This document shows, piece after piece, positions 20,263-29,981 of a stretch of DNA of 64,000 nucleotides (position 1 is the stretch's first letter; every line of letters starts with the position of its first letter). The DNA is taken from positions 224,001 to 288,000 of the forward strand of contig CAVOKF010000004.1 in NCBI GenBank assembly GCA_963696385.1. Reading direction: 5' to 3'. The notes beneath the pieces are model-generated. The model was not told where the DNA came from. It did no database searches and worked only from the letters and a program-made list of their open reading frames with translations. The position numbers were made by a program, and so were the translations under genes. The DNA is from an uncultured delta proteobacterium (lineage in GTDB: Bacteria; Myxococcota_A; Polyangia; Polyangiales; Polyangiaceae).

Positions 20263-20430
20263 AGTACACCGCCCCAGAGCCAAGGGGTCAGCCGGGGCGG
20301 TGTACTTGCGTCCGGGAAGCGACGGGGGGGTTCGGGGCGAAGCTCCCAAGGGAATTCTCGTCGTACAGCGGAAGCCTGCGACGCCGGCGTACCCAGCGCG
20401 GCTGCGTCCCGTTCCACCGGGCGCTGTACT
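20263..20430. repeat. Intergenic MITE/REP-like inverted-repeat units (GTACASCG...CGSTGTAC)
   Basis: AGTACACCGCCCC 20263-20275 pairs with GGGGCGGTGTACT 20294-20306; GTACAGCG 20363 pairs with CGCTGTAC 20422-20429. Confidence 0.65.
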
Positions 20431-22430
20431 CAGGGGGCCGAGGAGGTGTCGTCCTTCTTCGGGCCCTCGTTGTAGCCGCGAGGGCGGTACTTGGGATTGA
20501 CACCATGGTACTCGTCGCCGTTCGCCACGATGTCGTCGACCAGGTACTTGAACCATGAATCGGGAAAGCCGTCGGCGGCGGTCTGCAGATCGCGCCGCGC
20601 ACCCGAGTCCTCGCCGAGCTGCTTTTCGTCCCACAGACACTGCAGGCCGAGCGCAATGAGGTTCATGTCGTTCGGACCGAGCGAGAACCCGCGCACGTAG
20701 TGGGGGAGCGCGTCGGGCGCCCGGTGCAGTCGGCAAAGGGTGTCGCCGAGGTACACGTTGGCCATCGGCCAGGTAGGTGCGAGATCCAGTGCGACCCGGT
20801 TCGAGACGAGACGGCCCTGCAAGTCGCCCCGTGCTCCGAGCATGACCGAATAGTTCAGATGCGCCTTGGCACTCCTCGGTACGGCCTTGCGCGTCGCGTC
20901 CCAGAATACCAGGTCGTTCGTGTAGTCGAACGCGTGCCGGCGCGCCGCGAAGCTCTGAAACCCGACGAACGCGACGAGCGACGCGAGGACGTAGGGAAAC
21001 CAGCGCGTACGCTGCGCGGCACGCAGCCACTGAGTGAACCCGAGGGCCAGCAGAATCGACGACCCGATGACCGGGAAATACCAAAAGCGCTCCGCCCGAA
21101 CGGTGGGAAGCACGACGGGGATGTTCGAAACGGGGATGTACGACACGACGATCCAGGCCATCGCGAACGCGACGATCGAAAGGCGATCGACGACCGGGCG
21201 GGCCGTCTCGCCGGACTGCAACGCCCGATCCGCGGCAAGCGCGCGCGCGCGCGAACGCCATGCGGCCACGATCGCGAGCACCGGACAAGCCAACAGCGGC
21301 ACAACCATCGCCGCGGCCCCGATCACGCTCTCGGGAAAGACGAGGCGTGAGGGGACGGGCTCCTGGGGAGCGGAGTAGTCGCCCGACAGCGTCCACGGCA
21401 CGAGCACCTGCAGGAGACCGCGCGCGTAGACGCGAAGGGCCGCTGCGACACGCAACGGCGTTGACGCTTCGATGAGCGGGTTGTTGAGCGGATCGTGCGG
21501 CAGCATGGGCTGCGCGTACCAGCGCAACGCCGCCGCGAAGGCACGATGGGCCAGGGGCCTGCCGGCATTCGCCTCCGCCGTGAGTTCATGAGGCGTGACG
21601 ACGGGAAACCATCGGCGGCGCATCTCGACGTAAAAGACGAATGCCGCACCCGTGGCCGCTGCGGCCGCTGCGGCACGAAGCCAGCGTCGAGGCCGGTCGA
21701 CGTGCGTCATCGGACTGGTGAGCAACGCGGCCAGCGGCGCAAGCGGCACGATGCACAGCGCGCTCTCTTTGGAATACAGCCCCAACAACGTCGCCAAGGC
21801 GAGCGCCCATGGCATGGTCGAGAGCGGCAGAGTCAACGCCAGAAGCGCGGCGAGCACACCGGTGCCGCCGAGCACATCCGCGAGCCCTACGACGCCGCTC
21901 ACCGCCTCGGTGACGATGGCGGCAGCGACGAACAGTCCCCCGGCGAGCCACGCGGTCAGTCGGTCGCGCGTCCAGCGCATAACGAGAAGCACCACGAGCG
22001 CGCCGTTGAGGCCATGAAGCAAGACGTTGACGTAGGCCAGCGGAAACGCGCTTTGCTCCCGCGCCCCCAACTTCCAGAGGGCTCGCCAGACGACGTCCGG
22101 AAGCGGCCGATAGGAGCCGATCGTGCGCTCTGGGGTGAGCCCCCAAAAGTCACGCTTGAAGGCCTGCAGCCAGCCGATCGAGGCCCCTGGATCGACGCTT
22201 GCGCGCACGTAGGGATTCGCGAGAAGGGCTTCTTGCTCGTCGAAAATGAAATTGGTGGCCGGATGGCGCGTGTACAGCACCATGGAGAGGAAACAAGTCG
22301 GCACGAGTGCCGTCAAAAGCGTCGGATCCTCCGCGAGGAAGTAATCGCGCGCGCGAGTGAAGACGTTTCGCTTCGGAATCTCGGGAAGCGGCTCGAACGC
22401 AGTGGAGGAGGTCGGCTCGGGTGAGGTCAC
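20430..22430 (-). CDS. TMTC-like GT-C membrane glycosyltransferase with C-terminal TPRs
   Basis: FIFDE..NPY, DFWG..SYRPL, NVLLH, EAVSGVVG.AD, SKE, LSGDYS, AERFWYFP and AHLNY..TPR. GTG start at 22430 is inferred. Confidence 0.8.
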   Translation of the reverse strand: MTSPEPTSSTAFEPLPEIPKRNVFTRARDYFLAEDPTLLTALVPTCFLSMVLYTRHPATNFIFDEQEALLANPYVRASVDPGASIGWLQAFKRDFWGLTPERTIGSYRPLPDVVWRALWKLGAREQSAFPLAYVNVLLHGLNGALVVLLVMRWTRDRLTAWLAGGLFVAAAIVTEAVSGVVGLADVLGGTGVLAALLALTLPLSTMPWALALATLLGLYSKESALCIVPLAPLAALLTSPMTHVDRPRRWLRAAAAAAATGAAFVFYVEMRRRWFPVVTPHELTAEANAGRPLAHRAFAAALRWYAQPMLPHDPLNNPLIEASTPLRVAAALRVYARGLLQVLVPWTLSGDYSAPQEPVPSRLVFPESVIGAAAMVVPLLACPVLAIVAAWRSRARALAADRALQSGETARPVVDRLSIVAFAMAWIVVSYIPVSNIPVVLPTVRAERFWYFPVIGSSILLALGFTQWLRAAQRTRWFPYVLASLVAFVGFQSFAARRHAFDYTNDLVFWDATRKAVPRSAKAHLNYSVMLGARGDLQGRLVSNRVALDLAPTWPMANVYLGDTLCRLHRAPDALPHYVRGFSLGPNDMNLIALGLQCLWDEKQLGEDSGARRDLQTAADGFPDSWFKYLVDDIVANGDEYHGVNPKYRPRGYNEGPKKDDTSSAP

Positions 22431-22518
22431 GGCTCGGCTGCACACGGTTCCATGAGTCGGATCGGCGAGGTCGCGGCGTCGGTGACAGGGATCGCCGGTG
22501 GACCACCCGAAAGCTACC

Positions 22519-23745
22519 TTAGCCGTGCGCCTGGGACTTGCGGAGCCCGGTAGCGAGGCCGAGCGCCACGAGCATGCCCAGCGAGGCGGCTGCGTACGGA
22601 GCTCGGGCGCCGATGCTTCCGTAGAGCCAGCCCCCCATGGCCGGCCCGAATGTGCGCGCCAGACTGGCAAACGACTGATTGGTGCCGAGTGTTCCCCCTT
22701 GACAATCGGGGGGCGCACGCCGCGAGATGAAGGCCGACGTAGCGGGTTGCGTCAGGCCATTGCCGAGCGCGAGAACTCCGCCCGACGCGAACAGCAGCGG
22801 ATGGGACGCGCTCGACCCGGCCAACACGAACCCGGCGAACGCCAACGCTTGGAGGATCGTGCCGACACGAATCAGAACGGCCTCGTCGAAGCGCGGCGCC
22901 AAGACGCGAACGAGGCCCCCTTGCACCAGCGCGGCGACGATGCCGATGAAGGCCAAGACGTACCCGGTTCCGCGCTCGTCGATGCCGAAGATGTCCGAGC
23001 AGAAGAAGGTGAAGGTCTGATCGAGGTTCGTGAAACTCAGGATGACGAGGAAGTTCACGGCGATCGCGAGCCCCACGCCGGGAAGATCGAACGCCGCACG
23101 CATGGCGTCGAGATTGAGCGGAGTCATGCTTCGCGGCGACCGGGTCGCGCGGGCGGCACGCGGAAGCGACTCGCGGACACCCAAGGACGCCCAAACGAGG
23201 TTGACCGCGCTCAGTCCGGCCGCGACGAAGCAGGCCACGGCGCCATGGCGCCCGGAGATCTCGATTTTCGAGAGTGCCCCACCGATTCCCGGGCCCAGGA
23301 TGAATCCAAGCCCGAACGCCATGCCGATGAGTCCCATTCCCTTGGCCCGCTCTTCGGGCTTGGTCACGTCCGCGATGTAGGCGCTCGCGGTTCCCAGGTT
23401 GGCCGTCGCGATCCCCCCGAACGTCCGAGCGGCGAATAGCCACAGCACGCTGTGCCCCCAAGCGAGCCCGCCCCCGAGAACCGCCATGGTCAGGGCGGTG
23501 CCCGCAATCGACCAGAGCAGTACCGGCCGTCGGCCCACACGATCGGAGACCCGACCCCATACCGGCACGAACACGAATTGCATGAGCGAGTAGACCGAAC
23601 CGAGCAGGGTTGCGACGAACTCGCTGACGCCGAAGGTGTCGCGCGCTTCTTTCGCCAGAAACGGCAGGACGAGCCCAAAACCCAGCAGGTCCACGAGCAC
23701 CGTCAGGAAGATGGCGCCAAGGCCCGGGGCCGATTTCGTGGACAA
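22519..23745 (-). CDS. MFS transporter (TetA/DHA1-like)
   Basis: DLLGFGLVLP, GRVSDRVGRRP, AYIADVT and GFILGP.IGG. Confidence 0.92.
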   Translation of the reverse strand: MSTKSAPGLGAIFLTVLVDLLGFGLVLPFLAKEARDTFGVSEFVATLLGSVYSLMQFVFVPVWGRVSDRVGRRPVLLWSIAGTALTMAVLGGGLAWGHSVLWLFAARTFGGIATANLGTASAYIADVTKPEERAKGMGLIGMAFGLGFILGPGIGGALSKIEISGRHGAVACFVAAGLSAVNLVWASLGVRESLPRAARATRSPRSMTPLNLDAMRAAFDLPGVGLAIAVNFLVILSFTNLDQTFTFFCSDIFGIDERGTGYVLAFIGIVAALVQGGLVRVLAPRFDEAVLIRVGTILQALAFAGFVLAGSSASHPLLFASGGVLALGNGLTQPATSAFISRRAPPDCQGGTLGTNQSFASLARTFGPAMGGWLYGSIGARAPYAAASLGMLVALGLATGLRKSQAHG

Positions 23746-23794
23746 GGCGGCGCCACTATAGCGGGTTCGCGCCCAACCGCCCGCGACGGTCGCC

Positions 23795-24541
23795 TCAGGT
23801 CATGGCGCGTCTTTGCGCGTGAAAAAATACCTCGCGATTGCCCTTGGGGCCCGGCAGCACGCTGTCGCATTGCCCGCGAAGATCGAAGCCCGCCAACCGG
23901 GCCGACTGGGCGGCCGCCTCCACAGCGCGCGCGCGACTCTCGTCGTCGCGAACGACGCCGCGACAGCGCGACGCCTCCCGGCGACCCACTTCGAACTGAG
24001 GTTTGACCAACATGACGAGATCGCCGCCCTCTCGAGTGCAAGCGGCGATCGCCGGCATCAACTTGCTCAAACCGATGAACGAAGCGTCGACGACGGTGAG
24101 ATCCGCCACGCCACCGACATCCTGCGGGGTGAGCGTGCGCGCATTCGTTCGTTCCATCACCACGACGCGGGCGTCCTGACGCAGCTTGTGCGCGAGCTGG
24201 CCGTAGCCCACGTCGACGGCGACGACCGTGGCCGCTCCCCGTTGCAGCAGACAATCGGTAAAGCCACCTGTCGAGGCGCCGAGATCGAGGCAACGGCGTC
24301 CGGTGACGTCGATCGCCCAGGCTTCGAGCGCCCCCGCGAGCTTCACTCCACCCCGAGAGACGTAGGGGTGATCCGCCTTTCGGACCTCGACGACGGCACC
24401 TGTCGGCGTAAGGGCACCGGCCTTGTCGACGCGAACGCCATCCACGGATACGTCGCCGGCGAGGATGATGCCCTGTGCGCGCGCGCGCGACGGCGCGAGC
24501 CCACGCGCCACGAGCAGTTGGTCGAGCCGGATTCGGTGCAA
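23795..24541 (-). CDS. tlyA: TlyA rRNA 2'-O-methyltransferase
   Basis: RLDQLLV, YVSRGGVKL, DLGASTGGFTD, DASFI and LVKPQFE. Confidence 0.93.
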   Translation of the reverse strand: MHRIRLDQLLVARGLAPSRARAQGIILAGDVSVDGVRVDKAGALTPTGAVVEVRKADHPYVSRGGVKLAGALEAWAIDVTGRRCLDLGASTGGFTDCLLQRGAATVVAVDVGYGQLAHKLRQDARVVVMERTNARTLTPQDVGGVADLTVVDASFIGLSKLMPAIAACTREGGDLVMLVKPQFEVGRREASRCRGVVRDDESRARAVEAAAQSARLAGFDLRGQCDSVLPGPKGNREVFFHAQRRAMT

Positions 24542-24574
24542 CGTCGGTCGGACGCCTGCGCGCTTCGCGCCGCG

Positions 24575-25939
24575 TCAGTCTCCAATCAGGCGGTACTTGT
24601 GCAGCTTTTCGATGAGGGCCGGCCGCGACACGCCGAGCCGGCGCGCCGTTTCACTCTGGTTGTGCCCGGCGCTCTCGAACGCTTCCGCGATGAGCGTGCG
24701 CTCGAAGGCCTCGACTCGAGCACGCAGCGGGTGCCCCGGGCCCGGATCGCCGGCCGCCATCAGCGTCACGGAAGCTTGCGACGAGCCCTCGGACAGCGAT
24801 CTCCACAGAGCGAGGGTGATGCGTTCGTCGGGCGCGAGAGCCAAAAGACGAGCGATCGTATTCTCGAGCTCCCGCACGTTGCCCGGCCATACGTTGACGC
24901 GAAGCGCCTCGACCAGCGCCGGTTCGACGTCGACGGCCCCCATCCCGTAGCGGTCCGCATACCGACGGACGAACGCGCGCACGAGCGGCTCCACGTCTTC
25001 GATGCGCTCGCGCAGCGAAGGGACGCGGATGGGCACCACGTTGAGGCGATAGTACAGGTCCTCGCGAAACCGACCGGCCTTGACGTCGGCAGCGAGGTCA
25101 CGATTGCTGGCGGCAATCAGGCGCACGTCGACGTTCTCGGCGCGCCCGCCGAGCTGCTGGACCTCGCCCGATTGCAGCGCCCGCAACACCTTGGCCTGGA
25201 TCGCAAGAGGCAGCTCGCCAATCTCGTCGATGAAGAGTGTCCCGCGGTTCGCCTGTTGAAAATAGCCCAAGCGCGCCGACTGCGCGCCCGTGAAGGCGCC
25301 TTTGGTGTGTCCGAAGAGCTCCGCCTCAGCGAGATCGCTCGGGATGGCTGCTGCGTTGAACCGAACGAGCGGTTTGTCGGCGCGGCGGGAGTGCGCGTGC
25401 AAGGCACGCGCGAGCACGTCCTTGCCGGCGCCGCTTTCACCCGACAGAAGAACGGTCACGTCCTTGGGCGCCACCCGCGCGACCACGTCCATCACGCGCT
25501 TCATGGCGGGGCTGTCCGCGACGATCTCCCCGCCGAGCGCGGCTTCGGTGCGCAGTCGCGCATTTTGCAGTCGCAGATCGCGCCACTCGCTAGCGCGACG
25601 CACGGCGAGCACCAGTTCGTCCGGATCGAACGGTTTCGGGATGTAGTCGAATGCACCCGACTTCATCGCGGCGACGGCCACCCGCTCCGAACCGTGGGCG
25701 GTCAGAATGAGCACCGGGACGCTCGGGTCGCTCACCCTCATGCGCGCGAGCACCTGCATTCCATCCATTCCAGGCATCGCGAGATCCGTAAGGACGACGT
25801 CGGCCCCGCGGGCCTCGAACGCCGAAAGGCCGCTCACTCCGCCGTCGCTGGCCTCGACCACCAGACCCGCGTCGCTCAGCACGGCCTCGAGCGTGAACCT
25901 CAACGACGCGTCGTCGTCGATCACGAGCACGCGGCTCAT
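24575..25939 (-). CDS. Sigma54-dependent response regulator (NtrC-like)
   Basis: Receiver (VIDDD, DLAMP), GESGAGK, GAFTGA, WPGNVRELEN and a Fis-type HTH. Confidence 0.95.
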   Translation of the reverse strand: MSRVLVIDDDASLRFTLEAVLSDAGLVVEASDGGVSGLSAFEARGADVVLTDLAMPGMDGMQVLARMRVSDPSVPVLILTAHGSERVAVAAMKSGAFDYIPKPFDPDELVLAVRRASEWRDLRLQNARLRTEAALGGEIVADSPAMKRVMDVVARVAPKDVTVLLSGESGAGKDVLARALHAHSRRADKPLVRFNAAAIPSDLAEAELFGHTKGAFTGAQSARLGYFQQANRGTLFIDEIGELPLAIQAKVLRALQSGEVQQLGGRAENVDVRLIAASNRDLAADVKAGRFREDLYYRLNVVPIRVPSLRERIEDVEPLVRAFVRRYADRYGMGAVDVEPALVEALRVNVWPGNVRELENTIARLLALAPDERITLALWRSLSEGSSQASVTLMAAGDPGPGHPLRARVEAFERTLIAEAFESAGHNQSETARRLGVSRPALIEKLHKYRLIGD

Positions 25940-27351
25940 GTACTCAACATTCGCACCGGCTCCGACTCCGGAGCTTCCCGGTCTGCGACGTCGGTCTGGG
26001 TGGGGCGACCCGGATGGGGAAGGCGAAGACACGGCTTGGCCTTGGTGGGTAGCCTCAGGCAGACGGTCGTACCCGCTCCGGGCGCGCTCTTGAATTCGAG
26101 CCGGCCGCCGTGCTGCTCGATGAGACCGCGGGCGACGGCGAGCCCGAGGCCGGAGCCGCCCTCTTTCGTCGTAAAATAGGGCTTACGGATGCGCTCGATC
26201 ACTTCGGGAGTCATTCCAAGGCCTTGATCGCGCACCGTGATGCGAGCGCCCTCCGGGTCGCGCGCGATCGTGATCGTCACACTCCCACCGGGCGACGATG
26301 CTTGGATTGCGTTGAGGACGATATTGAGCAGCGCCTGACGAAGCCGCCGGACGTCCGCGTCCACGACCAGCGCCTCGTCACCGGACACCTGGAGCGTCAC
26401 GCCTGCGTCCTCCGCACGAGCTTCGAGCAGCACCGCGAGCTCGCGCGCGACTTCGTGCACGCGGGTCGGGGCGAGGGTCAGGTCCTCGAGCCCGCGGGAG
26501 AACGAGAGGAATCCGTCGACGACCGACTGGAGTCGGTCGGCTTCGGCCGCGACGATCGCCAGTCGCTCCGCGGTCTTGGGATCCGAGGCGTGACGAGCCA
26601 TGTGCGTGGACAGCCCTTTGATGGCGGCAAGCGGATTTTTGACCTCGTGCGCAAGGCGCGCGGCCATCCCTTCGAGCGCTCGGGTGCGATCCTCGTTTTC
26701 GGAACACAGCTCCTCGCGTCGCTCCGCCAGCTCGAGCGCAGCGCGTTCGTACCCGCGCGTCATCATGCATCCCATGCGATAGACCCCGAGCATCGTGAAG
26801 AGCACGGCCAGCAGCGTCACGATGACGTATTCCGGACTCGCCCAGCCGGCCGAGGGCTGGAGCGGAGCCCCCCACTGTCCGAGCGACGTGCGCGACAGGA
26901 TGGCGAGAGCGACGAAGCAGCCGAGAAACGCGAGGATGATGAGCGAGCGCAACCACGGCGGATCGCGCAAGGCGATCGCGGCCGCCATGATCGTGACGGC
27001 GCTGGTCACGAGAAGCGGACTCGCCAGTCCCCCCGTCGTCGCGAGTAGAGCGAAGTAACTCGCCGAGCCGAGCACGAAGGACAGGGCCTTGACGACGAAA
27101 CTCTGCCACCAGATTCGAGCTGCCAAGAGCGAACCGAGGACGAGCACGGCGAGCACTTGAACGAGGGCACGCGGCCCTGATTCGCCGCGCACGACGAGAA
27201 GCGTCAAGACCAAGACGTTGAACAGGAGAAACCACGTGAGCCGCCAGCGAGCCGTCGCGTGGCCCATCTCATCGAAAATTCGCCGCCGCAGCGCTTCGAA
27301 TCGCACACGGTCGCGCTGTTGATGGGCGGGCCCGGGCGCAGCGATCGTCAT
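25936..27351 (-). CDS. Membrane sensor histidine kinase
   Basis: About 5-6 TM helices, AHEVKNPL, NIVLNA, DQGLG, YFTTK and GSGLGL. ATG at 27351. Confidence 0.92.
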   Translation of the reverse strand: MTIAAPGPAHQQRDRVRFEALRRRIFDEMGHATARWRLTWFLLFNVLVLTLLVVRGESGPRALVQVLAVLVLGSLLAARIWWQSFVVKALSFVLGSASYFALLATTGGLASPLLVTSAVTIMAAAIALRDPPWLRSLIILAFLGCFVALAILSRTSLGQWGAPLQPSAGWASPEYVIVTLLAVLFTMLGVYRMGCMMTRGYERAALELAERREELCSENEDRTRALEGMAARLAHEVKNPLAAIKGLSTHMARHASDPKTAERLAIVAAEADRLQSVVDGFLSFSRGLEDLTLAPTRVHEVARELAVLLEARAEDAGVTLQVSGDEALVVDADVRRLRQALLNIVLNAIQASSPGGSVTITIARDPEGARITVRDQGLGMTPEVIERIRKPYFTTKEGGSGLGLAVARGLIEQHGGRLEFKSAPGAGTTVCLRLPTKAKPCLRLPHPGRPTQTDVADREAPESEPVRMLST

Positions 27352-27422
27352 CTCGGAGCAATTGCAGCAAATCCCGTGCGCATGCGCCAGTGCGGCATCC
27401 CTGCGGGAAAGCGCCACCGAGA

Positions 27423-27444
27423 AACTGTCCGGATCCGGACAGTT
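27423..27444. promoter_or_regulatory. Perfect 22-bp palindrome upstream of the histidine kinase
   Basis: AACTGTCCGGATCCGGACAGTT; function inferred. Confidence 0.55.
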
Positions 27445-27455
27445 GCCGCCCTTCG

Positions 27456-28332
27456 CTACGCGCCGGAGGGCGCGAACTCCACTCGCGCCGCGCCGTCGAG
27501 AAGTCCCCGGGCGCGCGCGCGCGCGAACAGCTCGTCGATGGCGACCTGCACGTCCGGGGGTGCCTCGATCGTGTCGGCATTGGCGTACATGGCCAGATAG
27601 CGATCGAGTAGACCGGGGTCGAGGTCGAGATCGGTCCGAGACTCGCGCTCGAGCAGGGCCTGCATCGTTTCCGCCCGGTGGGCCAGCGACCAGGCGATCG
27701 ACGAGCTTAATCAGGCGCGACACGTGGGCGATGCTCGCCGGCCCGAGGCCGCGCCGAATGGCGTTTCCGCCCAGAGGCAGCGGCAGCCCCCCCGTCGTCA
27801 GCGCCCAGCGTTGTCCGAGATCGCACACGGCAGCGAGCCCCTCGCGAGCGTACGTGAGTCGGCCCTCGTGGATGATCAACGCGGCATCGACTTCGCCGGA
27901 ACGGACGGCGTCGAATGCGCGCGCGTAGGGGGCAATGGGCACGACGACCGGCTCGAACTCGGGCAGCAGCAACCGCAGCACGACGTACGACGTGGTCCGC
28001 AAGCCGGGAACAGCGATGCGCCCGCCGCGGAGCGACTCGAGCTCGCGCGCCTGCCGAGCGACGACGACGGGGCCGTAACCGCGACCGACCGACATGCCGT
28101 GCGGCAGCAGCAGGTAGTCTCGAGCGATCGAGGGCCACCGTGCGACGGACACCGCCAACACGTCGATGTCGGCCGTGGCGGCGCGAGCGTTGAGGGCTTC
28201 CGTGTCGGCCCGCTCGGCTTCGAAGACGAAGTTCTCGGGATCGATCTTGCCCGAGAGCAGCGGCCAAAACATGAACAGGTCGTCGCTGTCCGGCGAGAAC
28301 GCGAGTCGAACGCGAGTCGGAGGGGTGGCCAT
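27456..28332 (-). CDS. MqnA/MqnD-family futalosine menaquinone enzyme (MqnD-like), frameshifted at ~27705
   Basis: SPDSDDLFMF, GYGP, AVPG..TT, IIHEG and LPLPLGG; C-terminus (YLAMYAN) continues in ORF 27456..27665. Confidence 0.8.
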
Positions 28333-28373
28333 GGGCAGCAGAGCGTAGCCCGGTCCTGAGCTACCTTGTCGAG

Positions 28374-29141
28374 ATGCGCTTCGCTGCCCTGCGCCCTCCG
28401 GCTCCGTCGACCGCCCGCGACCGCTACGTACGCCTCGTCGACACGCAGGCCTTCGCTCTCGACGATGCGCCGTGGCTCGGCGGCCGTGAGACCGGAGAGT
28501 CGTGGACGTGGAGCGACCGGGATCTGCAATGCCCCGTACGCCCATCCAAGATTGTTTGCGTCGGCCGCAACTACGCGGCACATGCTCGGGAACTCGGCAA
28601 CGCCGTCCCGGCCGAGCCCCTCTTGTTTCTCAAGCCTCCGTCGGCCCTCGTCGGTCCCGGATCCGCCGTGAATCTACCGCCCGAGAGCTCTCGGGTCGAA
28701 CACGAGGCGGAGCTCGCCGTCGTGATCGGCCAGCGCGCCAAGAACGTCGCACCAGGCGCGGCGCTGCGATACGTGTTCGGCTACAGCTGCGCGTGCGACG
28801 TGACGGCTCGAGACCTTCAGCGGCGTGACGTGCAGTTCACTCGGGCGAAGGGGTTCGACACGTTCTGCCCCGTCGGGCCGTGGATCGAGACCGACATCGA
28901 TCCGGGCGCAGTGCGCATTCGCTGCACGGTCGGCGGCGCGCTGCGCCAAGACGGCGCGACGTCGGAGATGCTGTTCGACGTGCCGACCCTCGTCGCCTTC
29001 GTCAGTCGAATGATGACGCTCGAGCCGGGCGACGTCCTTCTCACGGGCACGCCAGAAGGAACGGGCCCGATCGAAGCGGGCGACCGGCTGGAGGTCGACG
29101 TGAGCGGGATCGGCGCGCTGCAGCTCCACGTGGAGAGATGA
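28374..29141 (+). CDS. Fumarylacetoacetate hydrolase family protein
   Basis: VGRNYAAH, FLKP, EHEAELAVVIG, DVTARD, KGFDTF and LTGTP.G. Confidence 0.92.
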   Translation: MRFAALRPPAPSTARDRYVRLVDTQAFALDDAPWLGGRETGESWTWSDRDLQCPVRPSKIVCVGRNYAAHARELGNAVPAEPLLFLKPPSALVGPGSAVNLPPESSRVEHEAELAVVIGQRAKNVAPGAALRYVFGYSCACDVTARDLQRRDVQFTRAKGFDTFCPVGPWIETDIDPGAVRIRCTVGGALRQDGATSEMLFDVPTLVAFVSRMMTLEPGDVLLTGTPEGTGPIEAGDRLEVDVSGIGALQLHVER

Positions 29142-29955
29142 CCGGTTGCGTCCCACGGTCGCGGGCGCACTCGTCGCGGCAACGGTCGGCATCGCCCTGG
29201 CGGTCGCCGTCGTACGGCGCGGTCGCGGAGAGGGGGCGCGCTGCGGAAGCGCCTTCGTCGCCCGCGGCACCCGGTGCGTGCCTCCGGAATCGGGAAGCTG
29301 CCCCCGACCACTCGAGTGGACGACGCACGGCTGCGATGCGCCCGACGCGCGAGTGTTCGTCGCGGAGGCCTCGATTCCCCTCGGGGCTGCGGACTGGGAA
29401 GCGGAGGGACGCGTCATCGCCCATACGGCCCACGTCTCTGCGTTTCGGATCGCCGCCTTCGAAGCGACGCGGGGTCAATGGGGAGACACGGTCGACCCCG
29501 CGCGTGCAGCGACCGGGATGACTCGCCGCGAAGCTGCCGCCTTCTGCTCCGAGCGGGGAGGTCGGTTGCCCACCGAGGACGAGTGGATGATTGCCGCTGC
29601 GCCCGCGCTCGCGCCGCCGCGCCGCTACCCGTGGGGCGACACGGGCGCCGTCTGCCGCCGCGCGGCCTGGGGGTTGCTGACCGGCCCGTGCGCGGTGGGC
29701 GCGGACGGTCCCGACACCGTCGGCTCGCACCCCGACGGCGACTCACCGCTCGGCCTTCACGACCTCGCCGGAAACGTCGCCGAGTGGGTCGCACCAGGAC
29801 CGCTCGTACCGGCGGGCGCGGGGGTTGGCATCGCCAAAGGCGGCTCGTGGCAGAGTAGCCTCGCGAGCGACCTGAGAATCTGGGCTCGGCTGGAGATCGA
29901 AGCCGACTCGAGGGACCCTCGCGTGGGGGTGCGATGTGCCTATCCCATTGATTGA
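29138..29955 (+). CDS. Formylglycine-generating enzyme (SUMF1/FGE-sulfatase) domain protein
   Basis: RLPTEDEW, YPWG, DLAGNVAEW, KGGSW and GVRCA. Start is TTG 29146, or ATG 29138 with an indel. Confidence 0.85.
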
Positions 29956-29981
29956 GGCTTGCGCTAACCTCCTGCGTCCCA

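Noticed and set aside
25936..28581. Apparent MqnD-histidine kinase fusion (881-aa ORF)
   Set aside because: Artefact of the mqnD frameshift reading through intergenic DNA; mqnD has its own C-terminus and stop at 27456.
29124..29135. CTCCACGTGGAG palindrome as a third parS
   Set aside because: It lacks the outer GTT/AAC arms and is coding sequence at the end of the FAH gene.
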